A DNA stretch of 64,000 nt, taken from the NCBI GenBank assembly GCA_040754595.1, contig JBFMCH010000065.1, positions 6,270 through 70,269 on the forward strand. The letters run 5' to 3'. Shown here piece by piece: positions 40,646 to 51,261 of the stretch. The notes under the pieces were generated by a model that saw only the letters and a program-made list of their open reading frames with translations, was not told the DNA's origin and made no database searches. A program made the translations under genes and the position numbers. This DNA comes from Bacillota bacterium (GTDB lineage Bacteria > Bacillota > Desulfotomaculia > Desulfotomaculales > Desulfotomaculaceae). The first letter of the stretch is position 1. Each line of letters opens with the position of its first letter.

Positions 40646-41947
40646 CTAATGGCAAATTAGCATAAATCCCTGGGGAAGCGTGTTTATAAGTAGGGCCAGG
40701 TCCTCTTCCTTGAGGTAAATGCAGCTGTAGGTTTTCGGGAGGCCCAGTGCCTGGTGATTATCGGACATGTTATCAGGTACGCTGTGCAGCAGGATATCGG
40801 CATTGAGCCGCATCCAGCCGGGTGTTGTTTTACTGGTGCCTGTTTGACGGCTTTGTTCATAGAGGGTTCCTATAGGAAGTTGATTGGACTTTAAAGCGAT
40901 CTCCATCTTTTTAACGGTTTTATTTCCTTCCAACAACCACAGGGCGGGAGAGTTATCCAATTTTAATTCCAGCCATTTGCTGTTCCCCAGGTTGGTGGTT
41001 GTAAAGGAATACTCATAGTCCAGGGTTTCATTACTGGTGGAAATAAGATGTACCTTCACTTTGTAGGTCTTTCCGGGCATTAGCACCCGGTGGGAAATAA
41101 ATCTGATCTGGTTGTTTTTAATCTCGCCCCGGCCGGGTAACCCATTAATTGAAAGAGTACCGGACTTTAGCTGTTGATTGGCCTCGATCAGGATGTCCCG
41201 GGTCAACCATACACTGTCCGAACCGGGTTTGGGAAAAACCTGCTGGATTAAGAACTCCGGTGTGGTCTTAAAATTTGCCTTTACGGATTCCTCCAGCACA
41301 GTGCCGCTTTCGCCGGGCAGGCCTTTTTTAATCTCTATAGAATACCGGTGCAGGTTTCTTAACTTTTTGCCGGGCCAGTACAGCCAGCGGCTGTAATCAA
41401 AGATAGAACCTTTTCCCTCTATATGGGCCTTAACAGGCTCCAATTTCCCCGGTACTGGCCCCTTTACATAATTATGTATTTCCCGGGGGCTGACATTGGT
41501 GTTAAACTGTAATATAACCGGTCCCCGGGAGGGGACGGTGTCGCTGGCTTCGATCCCTACAAATCTTAGTTTTACCTGGGATTGAAATTCTCCGGAGGCC
41601 CAAACGTAAAAGGGCCAAATCATGGCCGGGGCAGACTTAAATTTGTAATGGTATCGCTGTCCCCGGGGATAGCTTTTTTCGGGGATCTTAACCTGCAGGG
41701 TACTGGCGGTGATCCAATTGTAGGTAAAGGGGACCTGCAGGCCGTTGTCCACCCGTTCTACAACAAGGTCCCGGGCAGCCAAAGGTTTCATAGGCGCCAG
41801 AAATTTAAAAGTAACGATCACTTCCCCTTCAGCACTGTCCTCGATACGCTGGGTGACAAAAAATCCGATGGCGATCCAGAGGGCCAGTGTAACGAAGAAA
41901 ATGACTGCGTATTGAATAATACGGGTCCGACTGATTTGGACAATCAT
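40646..41947 (-). CDS. Membrane-anchored Ig-like (SbsA/Big_5-type) repeat protein with C-terminal divergent L,D-transpeptidase (YkuD)-like domain
   Basis: N-terminal TM; FNTNV...YSIEIKKGLPG and FTTT Ig-like strands; ILLHS...LGLPKTYSCIYL resembles HG...SHGCIR. Confidence 0.6.
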   Translation of the reverse strand: MIVQISRTRIIQYAVIFFVTLALWIAIGFFVTQRIEDSAEGEVIVTFKFLAPMKPLAARDLVVERVDNGLQVPFTYNWITASTLQVKIPEKSYPRGQRYHYKFKSAPAMIWPFYVWASGEFQSQVKLRFVGIEASDTVPSRGPVILQFNTNVSPREIHNYVKGPVPGKLEPVKAHIEGKGSIFDYSRWLYWPGKKLRNLHRYSIEIKKGLPGESGTVLEESVKANFKTTPEFLIQQVFPKPGSDSVWLTRDILIEANQQLKSGTLSINGLPGRGEIKNNQIRFISHRVLMPGKTYKVKVHLISTSNETLDYEYSFTTTNLGNSKWLELKLDNSPALWLLEGNKTVKKMEIALKSNQLPIGTLYEQSRQTGTSKTTPGWMRLNADILLHSVPDNMSDNHQALGLPKTYSCIYLKEEDLALLINTLPQGFMLICH

Positions 41948-42131
41948 GAAAACGTTCCTCCAACCGTTTAAGTTTTGTCCACCACTTGCGAGGAGCCTGA
42001 TTCGTTAGAAATCACCGATAACGTTACGAATTGTTTCGTAAGTTATATATTTCCAATGATGGTCGAATATGACTATATTCCGAAAGAAAGGAAATAATAG
42101 AAGCAGGCAAAACTTTGGGAGGTTTATCCAT

Positions 42132-43082
42132 ATGAAAAAAGGCAAGATGGCCGCTGCTATCATTTTATCTGCCGCTTTGACCCTCGGCACCGGGGCCCTG
42201 ATGTACAGTAAAAATACTCAGGAACAGGCGGCCCGACTGCCGTCCGTTACCACAGAGTCCATGCCATCACCGGCAGTACCGCCGGCAACCCAGGAGAAAG
42301 TGGGCAAACAGGGGGCAGAAAAGGTAGAGAATAATTCTCCGGCCAAAGAGCAGACCCAAACCAATTCCCACAACCAGGCCGGTTCCGGTGCACAGACCTC
42401 TGCCAACGAAAAAATGGGCTGGTATTACAAACCCAACAAGCAGCATAAACTGCCCGAGGTAAACCCCAGGGGAAGGGCTTTGTTGGAAAAGTATAACGGC
42501 ATTTATCACGGGGATACCAGTGGTAAGAATATCTACCTCACCTTTGATGAGGGGTATGAAAACGGATATACGCCAAAAATTCTGGATGCCTTAAAGGAAA
42601 CCAATGTCAAGGCCGCTTTCTTCATTACCGGAGATTACCTGCGCAGGCACCCGGATCTGGTAAAACGCATGGTCAATGAAGGGCATATTGTGGGGAACCA
42701 CACCTATAATCATCCCAGCTTACCCCAGGTAAGTGACGCTACGGTGCAAAAAGAAATTGAGTCCCTCAGTGAGGGCTTCGAGAAATTAACCGGGGCTAAA
42801 ATGAAGTACCTGCGCCCCCCCATGGGAGAATACAGCGAACGGACCTTAAAATTAACCCATGAGATGGGCTATCGCAATGTTTTTTGGAGTGTGGCCCTGG
42901 TGGACTGGCGCCCGGATGCCGGCAGCCCGGAGCAAAATAAGAATACCGTCATGGAGCGGTTGCATAACGGGGCGGTGGTTCTGTTGCACGCCGTTAACAA
43001 GGCCAATGCGGATATGCTGGGGGATTTGATAAAAGAGTGCAAAGAGAAGGGGTACCAGTTTAGGAGTCTGGATGAAATTTAG
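42132..43082 (+). CDS. pdaA: Polysaccharide deacetylase, PdaA-like
   Basis: MGWYY, YLTFDEGYENGYT, GNHTYNHP, RPPMG, FWSVALVDW, LLHAV; start ATG 42132. Confidence 0.8.
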   Translation: MKKGKMAAAIILSAALTLGTGALMYSKNTQEQAARLPSVTTESMPSPAVPPATQEKVGKQGAEKVENNSPAKEQTQTNSHNQAGSGAQTSANEKMGWYYKPNKQHKLPEVNPRGRALLEKYNGIYHGDTSGKNIYLTFDEGYENGYTPKILDALKETNVKAAFFITGDYLRRHPDLVKRMVNEGHIVGNHTYNHPSLPQVSDATVQKEIESLSEGFEKLTGAKMKYLRPPMGEYSERTLKLTHEMGYRNVFWSVALVDWRPDAGSPEQNKNTVMERLHNGAVVLLHAVNKANADMLGDLIKECKEKGYQFRSLDEI

Positions 43083-43129
43083 GTGCATATCTTTGGTAAC
43101 ATCTTTACAAAATAAGAAACTTACAATTT

Positions 43130-43312
43130 TCATTTCCATAAAAAGGTATCAAATAAACTATCCACTATAAAGTATAATATTGCTATCATTCCGGCCATAG
43201 TGAATAGCTTCCTCCGTGATAAATTTACTTTATGGTAATATTTATAGAAAATGTATAGTGCAATTATCGAAAGTGCTGTAAATACAGAGGTATCGTAAAG
43301 ACGTTCTAACAT
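43130..43312 (-). CDS. 60-aa two-TM protein, candidate immunity protein
   Basis: Two hydrophobic helices; ATG overlaps the upstream stop (TAATG); low-GC islet. Confidence 0.65.
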   Translation of the reverse strand: MLERLYDTSVFTALSIIALYIFYKYYHKVNLSRRKLFTMAGMIAILYFIVDSLFDTFLWK

Positions 43313-43663
43313 TATCGATTTCCGCCCCTAAAATAATTATATGTTCCTTTTACAACCGCTTTGGTGTATCCAGTTACAGCACCAGATGCAAAACCAATGG
43401 AATACCCGACAGCAGCCCCAGCAGCAGCCCCTTTAAACCCCTTTGAAACAGTTGCTGCTCCCCCTAAAACACTTCCAACAGCTGCACCTGTTATTGCATT
43501 TTTTGAAGCCTCTTTAAGAGCTTGTTCTTTTGCACTCTTTAATATTGATGATCCATTACCGACCTGTTTAGAAATCTCCCTATTTAATGTAGTACTCTTA
43601 TTTTTGACGCCTTTCGATCATTTTTAAGTCTCCAAATCCCGGTCTATATACTGATGAAGCCAT
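43312..43663 (-). pseudogene. Frameshifted glycine-zipper bacteriocin-like gene (about 116 aa if repaired)
   Basis: AGGAGG RBS and ATG 43663 give MASSVYRPGFGDLKMIERRQK*; the +1 frame is open 43617-43315 (...GAAVGSVLGGAATVSKGFKGAAAGAAVGYSIGFASGAVTG...); removing one A from the A5 run (complement of 43601-43605) fuses them. Confidence 0.6.
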
Positions 43664-44010
43664 TAGAAAAAACCTCCTTAAAAAATTTATTTATTTTATT
43701 GTAAAAGCTTAAAGTTATTCTCTAAGAAAATGTATATTTTTTTATAAAGTATTATTATGGTTCTTTCCCTAATAACCATAATTCTCGATCTTTACGTTAC
43801 AGTTATTAAGTTTAAGAACTAAGTGTTTTTTCTTTATACTACTTTTTTAAAAAATTACAACAATTATTTATATATAAATAATGACAAACTTCGACACTGT
43901 TGTTGGGAGTAAATTTGTATATTTTCAAGATATTACCTTTATACTTTTTCGCAAAATTCCTGTAAAATAATTGTGTTTCCTAACATAACTGACTGATTGA
44001 GGTATGTCCC

Positions 44011-45045
44011 ATGCTCTACAACTATTCCGGCGTTGTGCATATTCATACAAAATACTCCGACGGGTCGGCGGATTTAAAGGGCATTGCCAGGGCAGCCTAT
44101 AAAACCGGCGCCAATTTTGTTTTAATCAACGACCATGATACCCTCAAGGGCCTGTACCTTGAAGGGGAATGCTACATGCACGGCGTTCTGTTGCTGGTGG
44201 GGTCGGAGGTGACCCCCAGGCGCAACCATTTTTTATGTTACGATATTGACACGGTGCCCAGCAGAGACTTAAAGCCGGAACAATACGTAAGGGAAGTGTA
44301 CCGGCAGGGAGGTTTTGGTTTCCTGGCCCATCCCGACCAAAAGGAAAATCCCCTGTTTCCCGGCCGGATGCACTGGGAAAACTGGGATTTGGACATGCCC
44401 TTCGGGGTGGAGATATGGAACTTCTTTTCTCAGTGGATGGGAAGTTTTAAGACCGTAAAGGGACTCTTAAAGAGCATTTTCTTTCCCAAGGCCCTGCTGA
44501 AGCCTCCTCATCCGGAAACCCTGCTGCGGTGGGACCGGTTGGGAAGTGTGAGGCCGGTCCCCGCCATCGCCGGCGTGGACGCCCACGGTGGCAGGCAGTT
44601 TAACTGGCTGCCCACCATTGTCAGCAGTTATATACACCAGTTTAAGACCCTGCGCACCCATGTGCTGACCAGGGAACCCCTACAGGGGGATCTGCAAAGG
44701 GACCGGCGAATGATTTTATCTGCTATCAAAAAGGGGCGCAGCTACCTGGTGAACCACTTTGCCGGTAAAGTGGAACAATTTTCTTTTTACCTGCAGGATC
44801 AAGAACGCTGCTGGCATATGGGAGAGGAAGCCCAACACTGCCCGGGCATGATTTTTAAAATTGAATTGCCTGAGAAAGCCCATGTCAGGATCATCAAAGA
44901 CGGCAGGCTGTTTTCCCAGAGCACCACCCGCTCCTTGAGACTGCCCAACCCGGGACCCGGCGTTTACAGAGTGGAGGTATATAAAGGTAAATTCTGGCCC
45001 CGTCCATGGATTTTCTCCAATCATATTTATTTAAGGGCTTCGTAA
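44011..45045 (+). CDS. PHP-domain metallohydrolase (CehA/McbA-like)
   Basis: HIHTKYSDG, INDHDT, GSEV, LAHP, GVDAH. Confidence 0.8.
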   Translation: MLYNYSGVVHIHTKYSDGSADLKGIARAAYKTGANFVLINDHDTLKGLYLEGECYMHGVLLLVGSEVTPRRNHFLCYDIDTVPSRDLKPEQYVREVYRQGGFGFLAHPDQKENPLFPGRMHWENWDLDMPFGVEIWNFFSQWMGSFKTVKGLLKSIFFPKALLKPPHPETLLRWDRLGSVRPVPAIAGVDAHGGRQFNWLPTIVSSYIHQFKTLRTHVLTREPLQGDLQRDRRMILSAIKKGRSYLVNHFAGKVEQFSFYLQDQERCWHMGEEAQHCPGMIFKIELPEKAHVRIIKDGRLFSQSTTRSLRLPNPGPGVYRVEVYKGKFWPRPWIFSNHIYLRAS

Positions 45046-45132
45046 TGCCAGGGATAAGGAAAAATCCCTGGCATTGTTTTTTGAAGGGATTTGCTGTTTG
45101 TTATCGAATTAAACAACCGGAGGTGTTGGAAA

Positions 45133-45438
45133 ATGCAGGTTTATTTTGTCCTAGCCACCCTGTTGTCCCTGGCCGTTGCCGCATTCGCTATACAAAATTC
45201 CGAGTTGGTGACCATTCGCTTTTTATTCTGGCAGCTTCCCAGCGTTCCCCAGGTGATGGTCATTTTAGGGGCAGCCCTGGGGGGAATGATTATTGCCTTC
45301 TTCTTTGGTTTTTCCCGCCGCTATCAATTATCCAGGCAGTTGAATGAGCTAAAGGAATATGCCCGGCTGTTGGAGCAGGAATTAGTCAAATATAAACCCG
45401 GGTGCGACGGAAAGGAGAAAAACAATCAACCATCATAA
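45133..45438 (+). CDS. LapA/DUF1049 family membrane protein
   Basis: AFAIQNSELVTIRFLFW followed by TM and coiled coil. Confidence 0.8.
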   Translation: MQVYFVLATLLSLAVAAFAIQNSELVTIRFLFWQLPSVPQVMVILGAALGGMIIAFFFGFSRRYQLSRQLNELKEYARLLEQELVKYKPGCDGKEKNNQPS

Positions 45439-45519
45439 GGTTTTTCATATTTCCCGTGCATAGATTTAATAGGAAAGAGATACGATAGTACTAAAGATTA
45501 GCACTAGAAACCAGAGGCC

Positions 45520-45622
45520 TTGTCAAGAAATGGTTTCTATGGTATACTTATTATGCTTTTTGATTGTTATTGTGGTTTTCAACCTTTTTTGCTAGGAGAG
45601 GAGTGGGTCATTCCCACTCTTT
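45520..45622 (+). promoter_or_regulatory. sigmaA promoter and rimP leader hairpin
   Basis: TTGTCA-N17-TATACT (45520-45548); GAGTGGG-tcatt-CCCACTC-TTT (45601-45622). Confidence 0.65.
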
Positions 45623-45660
45623 CGTATTACATTGGGCAGAAACGGTAAGGAGGATGTTCT

Positions 45661-46122
45661 TTGGCTAAAAATACAGTCGTAGAAAAAGTAACAGCTGCCA
45701 TCAAACCCGCCATTGAAGAAGAAAATTTAGAACTGGTTGACGTTGAGTATGTCAAAGAAGGCGGTAACTGGTACCTGAGGGTCTTCATTGATAAGCTTGG
45801 GGGTGTAGATCTGGATGATTGCCAGGCTGTGTCGGAAAAGATTGACACAATCCTGGATGATTTGGATCCGGTTCCCCAGGCCTATTTTTTAGAGGTATCC
45901 TCACCGGGACTGGAACGGCCGTTGAAAAAACCCGAAGATTTCCACCGGTTTAAAGGCCAGCTGGTTCATATTACCACCTTTGCCCCGGTTGACGGGTCCA
46001 AATCCTTTACCGGCAAATTGCTGGATTACACTGATGAAGGGATTCAACTGGATGTGAAAGGGAAGCAGGTACTTTTACCCCATAAGCAGGTTGCAGCATC
46101 ACGCCTGGCAGTGGAATTTTGA
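45661..46122 (+). CDS. rimP: Ribosome maturation factor RimP
   Basis: LRVFIDK, DDCQAVS, YFLEVSSPGLERPL. Confidence 0.96.
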   Translation: MAKNTVVEKVTAAIKPAIEEENLELVDVEYVKEGGNWYLRVFIDKLGGVDLDDCQAVSEKIDTILDDLDPVPQAYFLEVSSPGLERPLKKPEDFHRFKGQLVHITTFAPVDGSKSFTGKLLDYTDEGIQLDVKGKQVLLPHKQVAASRLAVEF

Positions 46123-46144
46123 TTTTTAACGGGAGGAGCAAAAA

Positions 46145-47308
46145 GTGAATAGTGAGTTTTTAGAAGCTTTAAGGGACCTTGAAAAAGAGAAAGGTATTGC
46201 CGTGGATGTACTTCTGGAAGCCATTGAAGCAGCGCTGTTGTCGGCTTACAAGCGGAACTTCGGCTCTCTGCAAAACGCCAGGGTGCATATCGACAGGGAT
46301 ACCGGCGATTATAAAGTATATTCCCAGCGTACGGTGGTGGAAGAGGTAGAAGACGACCGGGTAGAAATCTCCCTGGAGGAGGCAAGAAAAATTGATCCCC
46401 GGTTCAACCTGGGAGATGTAGTGGAAAACGAGGTTACACCACGGAATTTTGGACGGATTGCAGCCCAAACTGCCAAACAGGTGGTGGTCCAGCGCATCCG
46501 TGAAGCGGAAAGAAACATTATCTTTGAAGAATTTTCCAACCGGGAAGGCGATATTCTTACCGGCATCGTCCAGCGCATTGAAAACAAAAATGTATTCATT
46601 GAACTGGGTAAAACCGAGGCCATTTTAACACCCTCCGAGCAAATGCCCAATGAAGACTACCGTCAGGGTGACCGGTTAAAAACTTATATCGTTGAGGTGC
46701 GCAAAACCACCAAGGGTCCGCAAATTCTGGTTTCCCGCACGCACCCGGGACTGCTGAAACGCCTGTTTGAAATGGAAGTTCCGGAACTGCAGGACGGCGT
46801 GGTTGAATTGAAATCCATTGCCCGGGAAGCGGGCTACCGCTCGAAGATCGCAGTCTATTCAAAGGATGAAAATGTTGACCCGGTGGGCGCCTGCGTGGGA
46901 CCCAAGGGAATGCGTGTGCAAAACATTGTCAATGAGTTGAACGGGGAAAAAATTGATATTGTGAAGTGGAATCAGGATCCCTCCAAATATGTAGCCTCCT
47001 CCCTCAGCCCGGCCAAGGTTGTGGCCGTTGAAGTTTGGGAGGATGAGAAGGTGGCAAGGGTGATTGTACCCGATTACCAGCTTTCCCTGGCCATCGGCAA
47101 AGAGGGGCAAAATGCCCGTTTAGCCGCCAAACTGACCGGCTGGAAGATTGATATCAAGAGTGAGTCCCAGATGGCTGAACTTTATCCTGAATATGATACG
47201 ATAGAAGATGTGCCGGAAGACCCGGCGGGTTATTCATCGGAAGCGTACTTGGAAAAATACGATGAATACCCTGCGGAAGATGCTGCAGTCGATAAGGACG
47301 AGAAGTAA
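46145..47308 (+). CDS. nusA: Transcription factor NusA
   Basis: [12 protein letters not shown]1 and KH domains, [14 protein letters not shown]. Confidence 0.97.
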   Translation: MNSEFLEALRDLEKEKGIAVDVLLEAIEAALLSAYKRNFGSLQNARVHIDRDTGDYKVYSQRTVVEEVEDDRVEISLEEARKIDPRFNLGDVVENEVTPRNFGRIAAQTAKQVVVQRIREAERNIIFEEFSNREGDILTGIVQRIENKNVFIELGKTEAILTPSEQMPNEDYRQGDRLKTYIVEVRKTTKGPQILVSRTHPGLLKRLFEMEVPELQDGVVELKSIAREAGYRSKIAVYSKDENVDPVGACVGPKGMRVQNIVNELNGEKIDIVKWNQDPSKYVASSLSPAKVVAVEVWEDEKVARVIVPDYQLSLAIGKEGQNARLAAKLTGWKIDIKSESQMAELYPEYDTIEDVPEDPAGYSSEAYLEKYDEYPAEDAAVDKDEK

Positions 47309-47320
47309 GGAGGTTTTGCA

Positions 47321-47587
47321 GTGCCCAAGGTCAAAAAAGTTCCGCTCAGGATGTGTATCGGTTGTCAGGAAATGAAGCCCAAGCGTGAACTGACACGGGT
47401 GGTGCGAACCCCCCAGGAAACGGTTGAAATTGACCCCACCGGTAAAAAGTCCGGCCGGGGAGCCTATATTTGTCCCAACCCTGACTGCCTGCAAAAGGCC
47501 GTTAAAGGGAAAAGATTGGAACGGTCGTTGGAATGTCCCATCTCACCGGAAATTATTGAAACTCTTAAGCAGGGAATGGTGAAATAG
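47321..47587 (+). CDS. rnpM: RNase P modulator RnpM (YlxR)
   Basis: PLRMCIGC, GKKSGRGAYIC. Confidence 0.9.
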   Translation: MPKVKKVPLRMCIGCQEMKPKRELTRVVRTPQETVEIDPTGKKSGRGAYICPNPDCLQKAVKGKRLERSLECPISPEIIETLKQGMVK

Positions 47588-47589
47588 GA

Positions 47590-47901
47590 GTGCATGGGCC
47601 AATTTTTCATCTATTGGGTTTGAGCCAGCGGGCTGGCAAGGCCGTGTCGGGTGATTTTGCTGTACGGGAAAATATTGCCAGGGGCAAAGTAAAGATGCTG
47701 ATCATTGCCACCAATACTTCCGAGAGAATTAAACAGGACTTTGTTCGCATGGGCCAGTCAAAGAACATCCCTACGGTATTGGCCTTTACAAAGGAAGAAT
47801 TGGGGTCCGCACTGGGTAAATCCCCCCGTGCCGCAGTGGCGATTTTGGATGCAAACTTTGCTCAGGGGATAGGACGCCTGCTGGAGAAGGGAGAGGGATA
47901 A
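47590..47901 (+). CDS. ylxQ: L7Ae-family protein YlxQ
   Basis: LLGLSQRAGKAVSG, ELGSALGK. Confidence 0.88.
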   Translation: MHGPIFHLLGLSQRAGKAVSGDFAVRENIARGKVKMLIIATNTSERIKQDFVRMGQSKNIPTVLAFTKEELGSALGKSPRAAVAILDANFAQGIGRLLEKGEG

Positions 47902-47941
47902 AAGATTTGGTTGCGTTTGTTGAAATTATGGAGGTGAATAT

Positions 47942-50866
47942 ATGGCAAAAAAACGGGTCCATGAACTGGCTAAAGAGCTTAACATAGAAAATAAGGATCT
48001 TATCAATAAACTGGTTGAAATGGGAATATCCGTAAAATCGCACATGAGTGCTTTAGAAGATAATGATATCCAAAAGGTCGTCATGGAATACGGGAAAAAG
48101 AAAAATCCCGTCCGAGAAAATAAAACGGAGCCGATGACCAAACAAAATCCGAATGAACGGGGTAGGGGGCAAGGAATGGAAGGCAAAAAGGAAAGAGATC
48201 AATTATTCAGACCCGACAATGCCAAGGGTCCGGGACTGGTAGACAGGGTTCCCAACCGCCCACCCGATCGAAGATATGAAGACAAACCAAAGGCACCCCT
48301 GCGTCCGCCTCAGGATACACGGGGAGCGAAACCGGCAGCCAACAGGGACGCTGCCAAAACAGAAGTAAAGGAAGCCGGACAGCGGCCCCAGAGACCGCAG
48401 GGAGGCGGCAGGCCTCCCCAGGGCGAGCGACCCTATCAAGGTCAACAGGGGAGACCCGACCAGCGTGATCGTACCAACCAGCCCCAGGGAGACCGTCCTG
48501 CCGGCGGTGGCAGACCGCCTTATGGCGACCGCACCGGTGGTGGCAGACCGCCCCAGGGGGACCGTCCCGCCGGTGCCGGCAGACCGCCTTATGGCGACCG
48601 CACCGGTGGTGGCAGACCGCCCCAAGGGGACCGTCCCGCCGGTGCCGGCAGACCGCCCTATGGCGACCGTACCGGTGGTGGCAGACCGCCTCAGGGGGAC
48701 CGTCCCGCCGGTGCCGGCAGACCGCCCTATGGCGACCGTGCCGGCGGCGGCAGACCGCCTCAGGGGGACCGTCCCGCCGGTGCCGGCAGACCACCTTATG
48801 GTGACCGTGCCGGCGGCGGCAGACCACCCTATGGAGATCGTCCCGCCGGCGGCGGCAGGTCGCCCCAGGGAGGACGACCGGGGGGCGGGGCGCGCAATGC
48901 GGGTCCGGTAATTCCAAAACCGCCGGAGCAGGTTGCCCAGCCGAAGCCTACCAAGGCGCCGGATAAAACCAAGGGTGACCGCCGTAAAAATTATGAGAAA
49001 GACGGTAAGTGGGCTGACAATAGCATCGAAAGTACCAAACTGAATAAACACCGCCAGCAAAAACCCAGAAGGAGACAGGAACATCCTGCACCGCCGCCGG
49101 TACTGGATAAGAGACCCATTCAGATCGGTGAAACCGTTACGGTTCAGGAATTGGCCGAAAAGCTCAAGAAGACTGCGGCGGAAGTCATTAAAAAACTTTT
49201 AGGCCTGGGCATTCTGGCCACTATTAACCAGGAGATTGACTTTGATACCGCTGCCCTGATTGCCGGTGAATTTGGCGTGGAAGCGGAGCTGAAAGTGGCG
49301 GTGGATAAAGAGGCCCTGGTGATGGCTGAGCCCGAGGATGATCCTTCTCTATTTGTTTCCCGTCCACCGGTGGTAACCATCATGGGTCACGTTGACCATG
49401 GTAAAACCTCTTTGCTGGATGCCATCCGGGAGACCAATGTGACCGCCGGTGAGGCCGGGGGTATTACCCAGCATATCGGCGCTTACCAGGTGGAGCACAA
49501 CGGCAAGAAAATCACCTTTGTGGATACGCCGGGTCACGCCGCCTTTACGGCCATGCGGGCCCGTGGCGCACAAATTACGGATATCGCCATTCTGGTGGTG
49601 GCCGCCGATGACGGGGTGATGCCCCAAACGGTGGAGGCCATTAACCACGCCAAGGCCGCCAATGTTCCCATTATTGTAGCCATTAACAAAATGGATAAAC
49701 CGGACGCCAACCCGGACAAAGTAAAGCAGGAACTGACCCAGCATGAACTGGTGGTGGAAGACTGGGGGGGCGATGTCATTGCCGTTCCTGTATCCGCCAA
49801 GGCCCGTACCGGCCTGGATAACCTGCTGGAAATGATCCTGCTGGTGGCCGAGGTGCATGAACTGAAAGCCAACCCCAACCGCCAGGCCAGGGGTACCGTT
49901 GTGGAGGCTGAACTGGATAAGGGCAGAGGCCCCGTAGCCACCGTCCTGGTCCAGAATGGCACCTTAAATGTGGGAGATACTATTGTTGTGGGTCATGTTT
50001 CCGGCCGCGTCAGGGCCATGATCGATGATAAGGGCCGCCGGGTGAAAAAGGCCGGTCCCAGTACACCGGTGGAAATCCTGGGTCTGTCCGATGTGCCGGA
50101 AGCCGGGGATATCCTGGTGGCGGTAGAAGACGAAAAGCTGGCCAGAGAAGTGGCGGAAAAACGGCAAATTCGCAAGAGAGAAGAAATTCTTAAGTCTACG
50201 ACCAAAATCTCGCTGGATGATTTGTTTAAACACATCCAGGAGGGTCAGATCAAAGAACTGCCCATCATTGTGAAAGCCGATGTACAGGGATCCATCGAAG
50301 CGCTGGCCCAGGCCCTGGAGAAGCTGACCACCGATGAGGTCAAGGTGAACCTTATTCACAGCGGGGTTGGCGCCATCAATGAAACCGACATTATGCTGGC
50401 CTCTGCCTCCAATGCCATTGTCATCGGATTTAACGTTCGCCCGGATGCCAATGCCAGAAAGATAGCCGAAGCAGAAAAAATTGACATTCACCTCTATCGC
50501 GTTATTTATGAGGTAATCGATGATGTCAAGAAGGCCATGAGCGGCCTGCTGGATCCTGAATTTAAAGAGGTCATTCTGGGACACGTGGAGGTCAGAAGGA
50601 TCTTCAAGGCCTCCAAAATTGGCACCATTGCCGGGGGTTATGTAACCGAAGGCAAGATTACCAGGGATTCGGGAATCCGGGTCATTCGCGACGGGATTGT
50701 CATTCATGAAGGCAAACTGGACTCCTTGAAACGTTTCAAAGACGATGCCAAAGAAGTGGCTCAGGGTTATGAGTGCGGCATCACCATTGATCGTTTTAAC
50801 GACATCCAGGAAGGAGATATCATCGAGGCCTTCACCGTAGAAACCATTAAACGGGAACTTGCATAG
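47942..50866 (+). CDS. infB: Translation initiation factor IF-2
   Basis: [32 protein letters not shown]. Confidence 0.98.
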   Translation: MAKKRVHELAKELNIENKDLINKLVEMGISVKSHMSALEDNDIQKVVMEYGKKKNPVRENKTEPMTKQNPNERGRGQGMEGKKERDQLFRPDNAKGPGLVDRVPNRPPDRRYEDKPKAPLRPPQDTRGAKPAANRDAAKTEVKEAGQRPQRPQGGGRPPQGERPYQGQQGRPDQRDRTNQPQGDRPAGGGRPPYGDRTGGGRPPQGDRPAGAGRPPYGDRTGGGRPPQGDRPAGAGRPPYGDRTGGGRPPQGDRPAGAGRPPYGDRAGGGRPPQGDRPAGAGRPPYGDRAGGGRPPYGDRPAGGGRSPQGGRPGGGARNAGPVIPKPPEQVAQPKPTKAPDKTKGDRRKNYEKDGKWADNSIESTKLNKHRQQKPRRRQEHPAPPPVLDKRPIQIGETVTVQELAEKLKKTAAEVIKKLLGLGILATINQEIDFDTAALIAGEFGVEAELKVAVDKEALVMAEPEDDPSLFVSRPPVVTIMGHVDHGKTSLLDAIRETNVTAGEAGGITQHIGAYQVEHNGKKITFVDTPGHAAFTAMRARGAQITDIAILVVAADDGVMPQTVEAINHAKAANVPIIVAINKMDKPDANPDKVKQELTQHELVVEDWGGDVIAVPVSAKARTGLDNLLEMILLVAEVHELKANPNRQARGTVVEAELDKGRGPVATVLVQNGTLNVGDTIVVGHVSGRVRAMIDDKGRRVKKAGPSTPVEILGLSDVPEAGDILVAVEDEKLAREVAEKRQIRKREEILKSTTKISLDDLFKHIQEGQIKELPIIVKADVQGSIEALAQALEKLTTDEVKVNLIHSGVGAINETDIMLASASNAIVIGFNVRPDANARKIAEAEKIDIHLYRVIYEVIDDVKKAMSGLLDPEFKEVILGHVEVRRIFKASKIGTIAGGYVTEGKITRDSGIRVIRDGIVIHEGKLDSLKRFKDDAKEVAQGYECGITIDRFNDIQEGDIIEAFTVETIKRELA
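48488..48868 (+). repeat. 69-bp (23-aa) tandem repeat, about 5.5 copies, within infB
   Basis: ([23 protein letters not shown])n. Confidence 0.92.
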
Positions 50867-50904
50867 ATTATCCAAGAACTTAAATTACACAGGAGGTGTG
50901 TAGC

Positions 50905-51261
50905 ATGTCACACCGACCGGAACGTATCGCTGAAGCCATTAAAAAAGAGATAGCAGACTTACTGAGAAATGAAATAAAAGACCCCAGGGTGGGTTTTGTC
51001 ACCATCACCGGGGTGGAAGTTACCAAGGACCTGTGCTTTGCTAAAATTTTTATCAGTGTTATGGGTTCCGAAGACCAGCGGGCGGAAACATTAAGCACGC
51101 TGCAGAAAGCCGCCGGCTACATGCGTTCAGAAATCGGCCGCAGAATCAAGGTCCGGCATGCACCGGAAATCATCTTTAAATTAGATACCTCGTTAGACAA
51201 CGGTACTCGCATCATGGAGCTCCTCCGTGAGATTAACCGTCAGGAGGAAAAACGCCCATGA
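50905..51261 (+). CDS. rbfA: Ribosome-binding factor A
   Basis: IKDPRVGFVTITGVEVTKDL, HAPEIIFKLD. Confidence 0.96.
   Translation: MSHRPERIAEAIKKEIADLLRNEIKDPRVGFVTITGVEVTKDLCFAKIFISVMGSEDQRAETLSTLQKAAGYMRSEIGRRIKVRHAPEIIFKLDTSLDNGTRIMELLREINRQEEKRP

Noticed and set aside
43618-43620. Selenocysteine readthrough of the TGA opening the long glycine-zipper frame
   Set aside because: The same frame has a TAA just upstream and no start codon; a single-base indel explains the gene more simply.
43361-43627. + strand Ala/Pro-rich ORF (MVYPVTAPDAK...)
   Set aside because: It is the antisense shadow of the Gly/Ala-rich minus-strand frame, which has the SD, ATG and coupled downstream gene.
48203-49084. 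CRISPR array or repeat proteins on alternative frames
   Set aside because: The repeats are contiguous with no unique spacers and lie in frame in infB; alternative-frame ORFs are by-products.
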